A DNA stretch of 36,199 nucleotides from a virus, in the IMG/VR virus record IMGVR_UViG_3300029620_000021; one strand, 5' to 3'. This document shows, one piece after another, positions 9,010 through 17,723 of the stretch. Position 1 is the stretch's first letter, and the number at the start of each line of letters is the position of its first letter. The notes under the pieces were generated by a model. That model had not been told where the DNA came from. It searched no databases and saw only the letters and a program-made list of their open reading frames with translations. The position numbers and the translations under genes were made by a program.

Positions 9010-10199
9010 GTGGTTTCATCTCCTTTCTGCGTGGTGTTCCGGTCGACCGGCTGGGTGTCCAGCCTTCGGATCGGCTTGTCTCCGCCGTCGACCGGCGCGA
9101 GGTTAAAGGCGCGGCGCCATTCGTTCGGCGTCAGCGCGCCGCGGTCGACCAGCTGCAGGAGGTTGAGCTTGGTCGAGGTCGACGCGAAGTCCCACGCGGA
9201 CGCCTCAAAGACGATGCGGTTGCCGCAGCCGCGCTCGCGACGGGAGAAGAGCTTGCGGGTGTACTCGCCGCTCAGCTGCTTTAAAACCGGCTCGATCTCG
9301 GCGTCAAAATAGGCGTTCTGCTCATCCTCCGTCGCAATGGATGTGACGATGTGCGGGTTGGTATTGAACAGGGCATAGATGCGCTGCGTGGTCTTATCCA
9401 TCTGGGCGGCATTCGGGACGTAGTCCTTGGGGTCGATCTGCTTGGCCTCGGCCTTTGCGTCGACGGCCGCGACGCCCGTGCCGTTAGTCACGTTCAGGAA
9501 ACTGTCCGCGAAGTCCTGCGCGCGCTGCTTCACGTCCTCCGGGCGCATGGACGCGGCGAACATCAAAAGCCAGCGGATGACGGCGCTATTCCGGATTGCC
9601 TTGACGATGCCCTGATCCGTCGTGGTGACGATCTCCATGAGCGGCACGATGGCCGGGGCGATGGGGTCGCCGAAGATGTCGTTCTCGTAGAAATCCCCGC
9701 GCAGGTGAATGATGTCGTCATAGGCAAACGTCAGGACGTTGCCGTTCTGCATGTAAAATTTCAGGTACAGATTCCCGCCTGCGTCGTAAACGGCGTCGGC
9801 CTGCATGGCCGCGACTGGGAAAATGGCGTTCGGCAGGCCGTTTTCATCCCGCAGGATCACGGCGAAGGCGTTGTTGTTGAGGACCAGCTGCGCGGCCAGC
9901 TTCTCCTGCAGCAGCTGGCCGGTCATGTACTGGTTCGGTTCCTCGAGCAGGAACCGGATATACGGCTCCGGATTTACGGCGATCTTCCGCGTCTGGGCGG
10001 TGATGGTCTCCCGGATGTGCTTTGCCGTCAGCTTGCCGATGGCCTTGATCTTTGGCCGGATGCAGGCGCGGACGATGTCGGACTGATACATTTTGCCGTT
10101 GTAGCTGTAAAAGCCATTCCCGCGCTCCTGCACCATCTGAACGGTCGAAACGCGCTTGGTCGTCGTGATATTCGTCAGGAGGTTTTTCAAAAATCCCAT
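9006..10199 (-). CDS. Portal protein, HK97 family
   Basis: 397 aa, immediately downstream of the large terminase. Size and sequence character are typical. Confidence 0.92.
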   Translation of the reverse strand: MGFLKNLLTNITTTKRVSTVQMVQERGNGFYSYNGKMYQSDIVRACIRPKIKAIGKLTAKHIRETITAQTRKIAVNPEPYIRFLLEEPNQYMTGQLLQEKLAAQLVLNNNAFAVILRDENGLPNAIFPVAAMQADAVYDAGGNLYLKFYMQNGNVLTFAYDDIIHLRGDFYENDIFGDPIAPAIVPLMEIVTTTDQGIVKAIRNSAVIRWLLMFAASMRPEDVKQRAQDFADSFLNVTNGTGVAAVDAKAEAKQIDPKDYVPNAAQMDKTTQRIYALFNTNPHIVTSIATEDEQNAYFDAEIEPVLKQLSGEYTRKLFSRRERGCGNRIVFEASAWDFASTSTKLNLLQLVDRGALTPNEWRRAFNLAPVDGGDKPIRRLDTQPVDRNTTQKGDETT

Positions 10200-10209
10200 G
10201 TTGTCACTC

Positions 10210-11967
10210 CTAGAGCATACTGGTGTATTCCGCCTGCTTCTGGTCGTAGATCGTGTAGGCGTCGAGCAGGGCCGCCGTGCCGTCGATGCGGCGGGTTGAC
10301 TTGCTCGTCTTGTGCGGCTGGATATTGCCGTTTTTGTCCTCGTCGTAGGCGGTGTTTGCGAGGTTCCACTTGTCGATCGGGTGGTTGTTGTAAATAATGC
10401 GCTTGGATTCCAAGTCGTTCCCGCAGCGCTTCATGGGCTCGGACAGGGTCTTGACACCCTGATGCACGGCGATCATGGCCTCGGCCCCGAAATAGTCCGC
10501 CATGCTGTCGACCCAATAAGACGCAGACCACGCATCATACCCGATAAAGGGGATAAAAATATCGAGGTCTTCCTGCACCTCGATGAACCATGCTTTGACG
10601 TCCTCATAGCGGATCTTGTTTCCCTCTGACAGTCGGAGCAGCCCTCGCTCATGCCACTTGTCGTAGGGAATCTTGTCCTCCGTGACGCGCTTTTCCAAAA
10701 GATCCTGCGGCAGCCAGTACATCTGCAGCACAAACAGGATCTCCGGCAGCTCCGGCACCTGGAACAGGACCTTCGCCGCCGTCAGGTCTGTGGTCTTGGA
10801 CAGATCCGCGCCGCCGATGCCGTAGCGTGGGTAGGACAGGACGCGCTCCTGCACATTCCCGTCCGCCATGTAATGCTGCCAGATCAGGCGGCGGTTTTCC
10901 CTGTCGAGCTGGAAGGTGTCGCGGTTGTCCAGCTGCTCAAAGTTGAGCCAGGCTTCGCTGGAGGTCTCGCGGATGTTGAAATCCTTACAGACGAGGTTGC
11001 GGACGAGAGCCGGGTTTTTCTCCGCTCGCTCGACCCGCTCTTTGAGGGCCGTGTAGGACTTGATCGTCCCGAGGCCCGGATTTGCCTTTTTCCAGCAGTC
11101 CTGGTCTGTCCACTCGCTGCGCTTGTCGAGCTCGTAAATAAACGCGATCCGGCGCGGGTCGTGGTACCCGTCCGGATCTTCGTAGCCGTTTATGATGCGC
11201 TCGGCTTCTTCGTATTTCTCGTCGTAGATGTCCTCGCGGATGGTGCCCGCGGTGGAAGTGATAAAGATCAGCGGCTGCTCACGGGCCGTCACGCCGTCGG
11301 CGATGATGTCGTACAGGGCGCGCCCGCTCTTCCACTGGTGGATCTCATCCATCATGGCCCCGTGGATGTTGAGGCCGTCGAGGGTGTCACTGTCAGAGGC
11401 CAGCGGCTTGAAAACGCCGTCGTTAAAATCGCTGTCCAGCTCAGCGACCAGACTGCGCATCCGGCGGCAGAGCGCCGGGGACTTCTTGACCATCCGCTTT
11501 GCTTCCTGCCAGATGATCTTCGCCTGGTCTCGCTTGGTGGCCACGGCATAAACCTCCGGGCCAGCCTCGCCGTCCGCCGTCTGTAAATACAGGCCGACGC
11601 CTGACGCAAGCAGCGACTTGCCGTTTTTCTTGCCGACAATGAGGATCGCTTCGCGGTACTGGCGGTTGCCCTCGATGTCGATAAACCCAAAGACAGTCGC
11701 GAGCAGTGCCTTTTCCCAGAGCTCCAGCTTGACGAGCTGGCCGCCCGCCTTGCCCTTGGAGTGGTGGCAGTAGTTCTCAAAAAACTCGAGGACGTGGTTG
11801 GCGCGGCGCGGCGAGTAGTAAAACTCGGAATCTGTGTTTTCCAGCTGCTCCACCACGTGCCGGTAGGTCTTCTGCACTTTCAGGCTGACAGTCTCGCGGC
11901 CCGACTGGATCGCGTCCCAATACTCGAGGATGGGGTTGTAGGTCTCCGGGTAGCGCGTGAGCTTCAT
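10210..11967 (-). CDS. terL: Terminase large subunit
   Basis: 585 aa with Walker A-like VGKKNGKS. It overlaps the TerS stop by 4 nt. Confidence 0.95.
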   Translation of the reverse strand: MKLTRYPETYNPILEYWDAIQSGRETVSLKVQKTYRHVVEQLENTDSEFYYSPRRANHVLEFFENYCHHSKGKAGGQLVKLELWEKALLATVFGFIDIEGNRQYREAILIVGKKNGKSLLASGVGLYLQTADGEAGPEVYAVATKRDQAKIIWQEAKRMVKKSPALCRRMRSLVAELDSDFNDGVFKPLASDSDTLDGLNIHGAMMDEIHQWKSGRALYDIIADGVTAREQPLIFITSTAGTIREDIYDEKYEEAERIINGYEDPDGYHDPRRIAFIYELDKRSEWTDQDCWKKANPGLGTIKSYTALKERVERAEKNPALVRNLVCKDFNIRETSSEAWLNFEQLDNRDTFQLDRENRRLIWQHYMADGNVQERVLSYPRYGIGGADLSKTTDLTAAKVLFQVPELPEILFVLQMYWLPQDLLEKRVTEDKIPYDKWHERGLLRLSEGNKIRYEDVKAWFIEVQEDLDIFIPFIGYDAWSASYWVDSMADYFGAEAMIAVHQGVKTLSEPMKRCGNDLESKRIIYNNHPIDKWNLANTAYDEDKNGNIQPHKTSKSTRRIDGTAALLDAYTIYDQKQAEYTSML

Positions 11968-12344
11968 ACCTCGTCACGCTCCCGGACGAAGCTGCCGAAG
12001 CCGTCGTCCTCCTGCTTCGGCGCGGTGTCCGGCTTCGGCAGGAGCGCCGTGAGCTGCTTGATGATCTTCTGGTAGTTCGCGTTCGTGGAGTTGTACGCCT
12101 GCCCGATCGGCCGGGCGCGGTCATATGGCTCCAGTCGCTCCGACTGCTGAAATTTCTCCGTCCAGCCGTTTTCCCGCAGGTCGTCTGCCATGTCCTCGCA
12201 CTCGATGCGCATAAAGGCTGCCTGATCGATGAGGCCTGCGACAGTCCCGGCCGCTTCCTTCGGCAGAAGCTTGTAGATCCTCCGGAGTCTGGTTTTCTCG
12301 GCGCGGATACGCTGTTCCTTTGTCTTTTCCTGCCTGTTCGCCAC
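11964..12344 (-). CDS. terS: Terminase small subunit (P27-type)
   Basis: 126 aa, GTG start 9 nt after AAAGGAGG. Basic N-terminus, position between HNH and TerL. Confidence 0.85.
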   Translation of the reverse strand: MANRQEKTKEQRIRAEKTRLRRIYKLLPKEAAGTVAGLIDQAAFMRIECEDMADDLRENGWTEKFQQSERLEPYDRARPIGQAYNSTNANYQKIIKQLTALLPKPDTAPKQEDDGFGSFVRERDEV

Positions 12345-12475
12345 AAAAACCGCCTCCTTTTCGCGTGATTTTTGCCGTCTGTCCGCGCGTGCGCGTAGAT
12401 TACTTATCGCCGCGCTTTTGTAGGGGGGCCTCGCGAACGGCCTGCGTATTCTTCCGAGGTAGAGCGTGCGGTGGT

Positions 12476-12808
12476 CTAGCCGGCGCCCCGGCCTCGCGCG
12501 ACGGGGGGGATCGGGTCTCCGGCGGCGTCGAAGAAAATTTTTTGCGTCAGAGATCTTGCGACGCCGTGCCCGTCAAACTGATCGTGGCAGTCTTTACAGA
12601 CGAACTCGAGGTTGGAGTAGGACAGGCTGATGTCCGGGTCGGCGATGTTGTCCGGCGTGAGCGCCCGCTTGTGATGGACGATGTAGCCCGGTTTGTCCCG
12701 GCATTCTTCGCAGAGGCCGCCGTCGATGGTCCGGCGGAACTTGATATACCCGGCGCGGCATTTCTTCCAGCGCCCGGACGCGTAAAAGCGTGCGGCCCAT
12801 GGCTGCAT
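12476..12808 (-). CDS. HNH endonuclease (packaging-associated)
   Basis: 110 aa with CxxC...HHK...CxxCH motifs (CEECRDKPGYIVHHKRAL...VCKDCHDQ). It lies upstream of TerS, as in cos-type HNH phages. Confidence 0.9.
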   Translation of the reverse strand: MQPWAARFYASGRWKKCRAGYIKFRRTIDGGLCEECRDKPGYIVHHKRALTPDNIADPDISLSYSNLEFVCKDCHDQFDGHGVARSLTQKIFFDAAGDPIPPVARGRGAG

Positions 12809-12866
12809 CCTGTTCCCTCCAATTCTTCACGCTATCACTGTAGCACAGATTTTAGGCTCTGTTAGC

Positions 12867-13277
12867 TCAACTTTTGCGGTAGCCCATTGCCCGCGCCGCC
12901 TCGTAGACAAAGCGGCTGTACATCCGCTTGGCCGTGGATGTGCTCACGTGTACCTGTCTGGCAGCGGACTCCAGACTCTCGCGCGGCCAGATCCATGTAT
13001 GCAGGCGCACGATCTCCAGCACATCGCCGCCGTCCCGCCAGGTCTGCACGGTGTTGATGGCAGACTGGATCGCCGTGTAGTCCTCGTACTCCCGTGAGGA
13101 CAGGACGCGCACCGCAATGTCCTCGACGGCGCGGCCGGAGGATTGCCCGCCTGGCTGCGAGGAATAGCCCGGCGTGATTTTCTGCCGGCTCATATCCCGA
13201 ACCTGTCGGCTCAGTTTCGGGTATTCGCCGATGGTGCGGCAGACGTTTCCGTACCACCAGTATCTCGGTTTCGACAT
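12867..13277 (-). CDS. Putative late-gene transcriptional activator (RinA/ArpU/sigma-70 region 4-like)
   Basis: 136 aa from the ATG at 13277 (RBS GGAAGGAG). The C-terminal HTH-like segment is ESLESAARQVHVSTSTAKRMYSRFVYEAARAMGY. It is the last early gene before the packaging module. Confidence 0.5.
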   Translation of the reverse strand: MSKPRYWWYGNVCRTIGEYPKLSRQVRDMSRQKITPGYSSQPGGQSSGRAVEDIAVRVLSSREYEDYTAIQSAINTVQTWRDGGDVLEIVRLHTWIWPRESLESAARQVHVSTSTAKRMYSRFVYEAARAMGYRKS

Positions 13278-13327
13278 CTGTTCAGCTCCTTCCTTCTTCG
13301 TCGCAAAACTCAACACATTTACAAGGC

Positions 13328-14098
13328 TTAAAGAAGGCGGCTCCCGGTCCGCTTATGTGTCTCGTTTTTGGGGTCCCATACATATTTGAAATATAGGAAT
13401 CCATACTGCGTGGCTCTGGACTCGACGAGGATGTAGCCGCGCGGGGCGACTGGCGGGCGCGTCTGGCTGTAGTCCCGGACCGCCTCGGTCGCGGGCTCCG
13501 GCTCCGGCCGGACGCAGCTGCGGCTGGCCTTGTACCTGTGCCCGCCGAATTCCTTTTTCCAGTGGCCGTGCAGGTAGTCGGCCAGCGCCTTATAATCCCG
13601 GCCGTGGTCGACTTTGTTTCCATTTTCGTCCATGTAATAGTTGTGTTCCCGTAAGTGTCGAACCTCGATCACGCTGCCGAGGCCCCAGATCCTGCCGATC
13701 TCATTCTCCGGAATGCCGTCCGAGATCATGTGCAGATGGAACCGGCTCGTCGACTTGCCCTGCCCGTAGACAATCACGATCTTGGCGTTTGGGTATTTAT
13801 ATAGTAGGCGGCGATAGAATCTGTTCCGAATCTGCCGCATTTCGGCAGCAGTATGTACCTCGTTCTCGGCGTCGAGCGTCAGCGTGGAATACAGGCTGGT
13901 CGGCCCGAAGTTGGCGTTGACGATCCCGGCGAACTTCCCGGCCGAGACCCTGGTGTTCAGCTCGTCGCGTTCTTCCTGCGACTGGAACCGCGGCTTCTTC
14001 GGCCGGCTGGTCTTTGGATTTGTGCCGCCCGCCACCGTGTACACGATCTGCTCGCAGACCCTCCCGGAAAACTTCCGGCGCTTGTGTCGCTTTACCAT
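13328..14098 (-). CDS. HUH-superfamily rolling-circle replication initiator (Rep)-like protein
   Basis: 256 aa with ordered motifs: I-like LYSTLTLD, II HUH SRFHLHMISDG, III-like Tyr region DYKALADYLHGH. Strong RBS GGAGGAG. Confidence 0.6.
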   Translation of the reverse strand: MVKRHKRRKFSGRVCEQIVYTVAGGTNPKTSRPKKPRFQSQEERDELNTRVSAGKFAGIVNANFGPTSLYSTLTLDAENEVHTAAEMRQIRNRFYRRLLYKYPNAKIVIVYGQGKSTSRFHLHMISDGIPENEIGRIWGLGSVIEVRHLREHNYYMDENGNKVDHGRDYKALADYLHGHWKKEFGGHRYKASRSCVRPEPEPATEAVRDYSQTRPPVAPRGYILVESRATQYGFLYFKYVWDPKNETHKRTGSRLL

Positions 14099-14116
14099 AG
14101 CTCCTCCTGCCTCGGT

Positions 14117-14938
14117 TTATTTCCCGAGGCTCGCAATGATGCCCTTTTCACGTTCAGACAGCTTCCAGACGTGCGCGGCGGCTTTCTCGGCTGCGGCTTT
14201 CTCGGCTGCGGCTTTCTCGGCTGCGGCTTTCTCGGCGGCAGCTCGGTTTGACAGCAGCAGCCCGTCGCCAAATATTCTCTTTCCCGTTTTGCGCTGACTA
14301 TCCAGTTTGGTAACGTACGTGCAGTCCTCGCGTTTAACCGCGAACTCTATACCGTAGTGCGCATATTTCTGCAGCATGGCTGCCGTCAGCACATGGTCCG
14401 GATATGTATATTTCGGCAACTCCTGTTTCGTCTGCGACTTTATCTGCCGCATCGCCCGCTCGACTGCCCTTCTGAGTGATGGGGCGCTCTGCGCGATGTT
14501 TCCTCCGAAACTTGTTACAAACGCCGTGCGAACGACTGCGCCATTTTCATACGTGATGTCTGCATCGCAAATGATATGATTCATCCTCAGCACAACTGAT
14601 CGGCCGGAGAGCGCCGTGAGCGATGGCGCAAAAAGAAAGAACGCAATCCCTCTGTCTATGTAGAATTCGCAGATTTTTGAAAGAATCGAAAAAGGCGGGT
14701 TGTCCAGCACGACGCAGCCGTCCGGATAGTCAAAACGCTCATAGTCCCCACCCGGATAGAATGGCCGCACGATGCAGGCCGGGTCAATCCCATATTCACT
14801 GCACGCCCAATCCCGGATCGCATCATAAACAAGCGGTGGCGTGTAGCAGTCGTCCGTTGTCTTTTTTTGTTTGAATTTCTCCGTGAACGCATCGTATTCC
14901 GGGTTGTCGTCGAATAAGCATCCCTGTTCCCATTGCAT
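14117..14938 (-). CDS. Orphan DNA N6-adenine methyltransferase-like protein with C-terminal (AAEKA)n repeat
   Basis: 273 aa from the ATG at 14938 (RBS AAAGGAGGG). It has a DNPPF motif (motif IV type D/N-PP-F/Y) and a CYTPP segment. No cognate endonuclease is nearby. Confidence 0.65.
   Translation of the reverse strand: MQWEQGCLFDDNPEYDAFTEKFKQKKTTDDCYTPPLVYDAIRDWACSEYGIDPACIVRPFYPGGDYERFDYPDGCVVLDNPPFSILSKICEFYIDRGIAFFLFAPSLTALSGRSVVLRMNHIICDADITYENGAVVRTAFVTSFGGNIAQSAPSLRRAVERAMRQIKSQTKQELPKYTYPDHVLTAAMLQKYAHYGIEFAVKREDCTYVTKLDSQRKTGKRIFGDGLLLSNRAAAEKAAAEKAAAEKAAAEKAAAHVWKLSEREKGIIASLGK
14178..14237. repeat. Perfect/near-perfect 15-nt tandem repeat x4 (GCGGCTTTCTCGGCT) inside the methyltransferase gene
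   Basis: Read directly from the sequence. It encodes AAEKA x4 in frame on the minus strand. Confidence 0.95.
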
Positions 14939-15002
14939 GCTGTAGCCCTCCTTTGTTTTTTTCTGCCCGCTCAAAGCGTGGCCGGAAATTCCGGCCATGC
15001 GT

Positions 15003-15275
15003 TCAGCGGTCAGTTTCCTCGCGTATTTTCATTTCTGTGTATTCTGTTGGCGTTATCGGCGGAAATCCGAACGCTGCCCTAATCTCGTTCGGGGTGTTCT
15101 TGCGCCAGACCTCCTCTTCTTGTTTGATGCTTTTCCAGGCTGCGGCGTCCAGTGTCTCGAGCACTACTTCTGCCTGACGTTTCAGGCTCCGCAGTTTGAA
15201 AAACACCAGCACGCCCAGCGCGATCCACTCCAGCGCGGCCGCAAGGTTCAGAATTTCAATCAACACGGTTGCCAC
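15003..15275 (-). CDS. Small membrane protein (N-terminal TM helix)
   Basis: The GTG at 15275 gives 90 aa (VATVLIEILNLAAALEWIALGVLVFF...). The upstream part of the 209-aa track ORF is Arg/Pro-rich and overlaps the next gene. Confidence 0.5.
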   Translation of the reverse strand: MATVLIEILNLAAALEWIALGVLVFFKLRSLKRQAEVVLETLDAAAWKSIKQEEEVWRKNTPNEIRAAFGFPPITPTEYTEMKIREETDR

Positions 15276-15325
15276 CTTCGTTCCTCTCTGGCTTTTTCGA
15301 TCCGCATTTCCATTTGATACTCCCT

Positions 15326-15745
15326 TCAAATTGTGATGATCTCCCGCCTCGACTGGCGGGCAAATTTGCGTTCCGGGCAGAAGCGGCATTCGGTGCAGCT
15401 CCAGGCGCCGCGGTAGTTGTTGCGCGTCGGGCAGAGTGGGTTGTAGCAGATCCCGGAGCCTGCCCGCTGCGGGCTGCGGCCGAATTTTTTCTTCTTCGGT
15501 TCGGCTTTTGGCTTTTTTGCTGGATCCCTCTTGGTGACGAGCGTGGCCGCGCGTTCTTTCCGGAAGCAGCCGCAGCTTTTTGCATGTCCGTTCCGGAGGT
15601 ATTTTCCGTCTTTGCTGCAGATGGCCCCGCATTTACACCGGCAGATCCAGTGTGCCGTGTCTCCTTTTTTGCTGGTATCCCGCCCGATGACGTGCAAATA
15701 TCCAAAATCCGCGCCCGTCAGATCGACTACGTGTGACATTTCCAT
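15326..15745 (-). CDS. Zn-finger DNA-binding protein (W-C-x-C-x-CG ... SCGC motif)
   Basis: 139 aa with a Cys-rich N-terminal module (WICRCKCGAICSKDGKYLRNGHAKSCGC), a basic linker and a second Cys cluster. Confidence 0.6.
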   Translation of the reverse strand: MEMSHVVDLTGADFGYLHVIGRDTSKKGDTAHWICRCKCGAICSKDGKYLRNGHAKSCGCFRKERAATLVTKRDPAKKPKAEPKKKKFGRSPQRAGSGICYNPLCPTRNNYRGAWSCTECRFCPERKFARQSRREIITI

Positions 15746-16092
15746 TCTCCTTTCGTCAGGGGCCGGTCTCCCGGCCCCTATGCAGGGCGGACTTGCACCG
15801 CCTGCGCCTGCGCGTCCCCCTGTCGCCGCAGACGAGCTGCCCTTGTCTGCTCAGGCAGCTTTCCATAAGGAGGTAACACGATGCCGCCGGGCGATCCCGA
15901 CACCCGGCGTGGGGTAACGTTGATGGTTTCCATCCGCGCGCACGTTCCACACGCGCTTTTTATCCCCGGCCCGCGGGCTTGAGGTGTCGCGGGCCGGGTG
16001 CAAAGCCGGGGTGATCCTCCCGCAGCCGTCTCATGGCGGAGCGGCCGCGGCATAAGTCCGAAAAAATATGGTTCCCCGGCTGATTGCTGACA
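15746..16092. other. 347-nt non-coding, hairpin-rich GC-rich gap inside the early operon
   Basis: No convincing ORF is present. It contains 9-bp (15758-15779), 7-bp (15884-15908) and 10-bp (15966-15997) perfect stems plus several shorter ones. Confidence 0.6.
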
Positions 16093-16296
16093 TCAATCCT
16101 CGGGCTGGCTGATGTCCTTGTGCCGCAGCCCGTCGGCGTTCTCGGTCAGCGGCAGCGCCTGCCGCCGCGCGTGCTCATCCGGGTTCCAGCCGCACCGCGC
16201 GCAAAGATCCGGCGCGGGCTTTGCATACGGACAGGCATTTCCCTGCTTCGGCAGCCCGCATGCCTCGCGCGGGCTGCTCTCGTTTTTTTCTGGCAT
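16093..16296 (-). CDS. Small Cys-containing hypothetical protein
   Basis: 67 aa. Its ATG is one nt after the stop of the upstream gene. Confidence 0.6.
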   Translation of the reverse strand: MPEKNESSPREACGLPKQGNACPYAKPAPDLCARCGWNPDEHARRQALPLTENADGLRHKDISQPED

Positions 16297-16297
16297 G

Positions 16298-16756
16298 TTA
16301 GACCTCCTGGATCTCGATCCCGAATTTGGACCGCATGAATTTGCGGTTGCGCAGATACTCCTTTGTCCGCGTCGGCTTGGACTTCACATCTTCGACGACG
16401 AGCTTGCCTCCGAATTTGTACGAAAAGTCCGCCGTGTACCGCACTGCGCGGATGCGCTCGCCGGCCTCGGTGATGTAGCTCTCCTGCAAGGTGAACTGCG
16501 GCTGCAGGCGCAGATCGGAGATGATCCCGGCCCGGAGCATCACCATCAGCTCGTCATAGCGCCGGGCTTCCTTCTGGCTGTCGAAGCGCAGCTGCCCGCG
16601 CGTATCCTTCCGGCTGCCGTACTTCGTCTTCCCGTTGCTCCCCTTGTGATGGGGAGCTGGCGCCGCAGCGCCTGAGAGGTCGATCTGCTGCCTGGCATAA
16701 AGTTCCCGCATCCTCGGCGGCATGTCCGCCATGCTCTCAAACCGCAGTCCGCTCAT
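16298..16756 (-). CDS. DUF1064-family protein (putative Holliday-junction resolvase-like nuclease)
   Basis: 152 aa from the ATG at 16756 (ATGA overlap with the upstream stop). Motifs FDSQKEARRYDEL...LRLQPQF...RAVRYTADF...VVEDVKS match my recollection of DUF1064. Confidence 0.7.
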   Translation of the reverse strand: MSGLRFESMADMPPRMRELYARQQIDLSGAAAPAPHHKGSNGKTKYGSRKDTRGQLRFDSQKEARRYDELMVMLRAGIISDLRLQPQFTLQESYITEAGERIRAVRYTADFSYKFGGKLVVEDVKSKPTRTKEYLRNRKFMRSKFGIEIQEV

Positions 16757-17055
16757 TCGGCAGCTCCGTCCATCTTCGCTCCGCAGTTTGGACAGGAATT
16801 CCTTTTCCAAAGTGCATCCTTTTTGAAAGCGTTCCGGCAGTCCGAGCATACGATTGCCGCTTTAGGAAAGCGAATCGTTTCCCCGCTCTGCGCGTCATAT
16901 TCATGCCAGTCCGCTTCTTCCCATCGTGCATGGTGCACCTCCGCAACGTCGGCGGCAGGCAGCTTCCTGATTTCTGCAAACGCCGCAGCGTAATCCCCGC
17001 ACGTCCGCGTTGTAATTTCCAGCGCCGCTTCGCGGCTGATGTATTCGTCAGTCAT
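16753..17055 (-). CDS. Zn-ribbon hypothetical protein
   Basis: 100 aa with CSDC...CPNC and RBS GGGAGG. Confidence 0.7.
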   Translation of the reverse strand: MTDEYISREAALEITTRTCGDYAAAFAEIRKLPAADVAEVHHARWEEADWHEYDAQSGETIRFPKAAIVCSDCRNAFKKDALWKRNSCPNCGAKMDGAAE

Positions 17056-17545
17056 GGTTTACCTCCCTCAACCAAAGTTCACTTGCCTTCATCTCTCCCG
17101 CATGGAATGCAGATTCCTTTGTTATTCCGCCCTCGTCCATTTTCTTCCGCAGCAGCTTCGCGTACAGGGTGATCGTCAGCGTATCCTCTACCACACCGGC
17201 GTTTGTCTTCCAGCGCGGCTTTGCCGTCAGCCCCCAGTTTGCATGGTTTCGGCTCGTGCCGATGGACATGAGGATCTTTCTTGCGCGTTTTCTGGTTTTG
17301 CCTTTGTGTTTCTTCACGAGCTCCTTCGCTAAGTTCAAGCCGACTGCAGTATAGTCAAATTCGGAGTCCCCGATAGCCGGTTCAACGCATCCTTCCGTCC
17401 CGCCATATGTGCCATGATGCTGTGCGAAGTCACTTCCGTCCGGGAAACGCACTGCATAGCCGTCGTACAGGCGCTCTATCGTGCATTTGATTCCAAGATC
17501 GACGCAAAAATGGTACAACGCGCATATTTCAGTGTATTTTACCAT
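17048..17545 (-). CDS. Hypothetical early protein (donor/partner of the 17221-17302 repeat)
   Basis: 165 aa with RBS GAGGAGG. Confidence 0.7.
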   Translation of the reverse strand: MVKYTEICALYHFCVDLGIKCTIERLYDGYAVRFPDGSDFAQHHGTYGGTEGCVEPAIGDSEFDYTAVGLNLAKELVKKHKGKTRKRARKILMSIGTSRNHANWGLTAKPRWKTNAGVVEDTLTITLYAKLLRKKMDEGGITKESAFHAGEMKASELWLREVNHD

Positions 17546-17723
17546 CCTTCTTGTCCTCCTCTACACTCGACTTAAGCCATTCTTTGATTTGCATCGCGCA
17601 GGAGCAGCAAAGCTCAATATCAGGTGATTTCTCATGGAACGCGCTTCGTACGTTTACATACGTCGCAGAGCTTGTGGGGTTTATTTCCGCCCCGCAGCGG
17701 TCACATATTCGTTTCGTTGCCAT
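17529..17723 (-). CDS. Zn-ribbon hypothetical protein
   Basis: 64 aa with CDRC...CCSC and RBS GGAGGG. Confidence 0.65.
   Translation of the reverse strand: MATKRICDRCGAEINPTSSATYVNVRSAFHEKSPDIELCCSCAMQIKEWLKSSVEEDKKDGKIH

Noticed and set aside
15881-15982. Plus-strand 33-aa ORF with a textbook AAGGAGG-7 nt-ATG inside the non-coding island.
   Set aside because: There is no upstream promoter, the peptide is odd (Pro/Arg-rich), and a chance SD+ATG is not improbable over both strands of 36 kb. I kept it only as a note under the non-coding island finding.
15778-16053. 91-aa minus-strand ORF in the same gap (also 15756-15950, 64 aa).
   Set aside because: The composition is Arg/Pro/Ala-rich, there is no RBS, and the internal Met lacks an SD. 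It looks like a GC-driven open frame rather than a gene.
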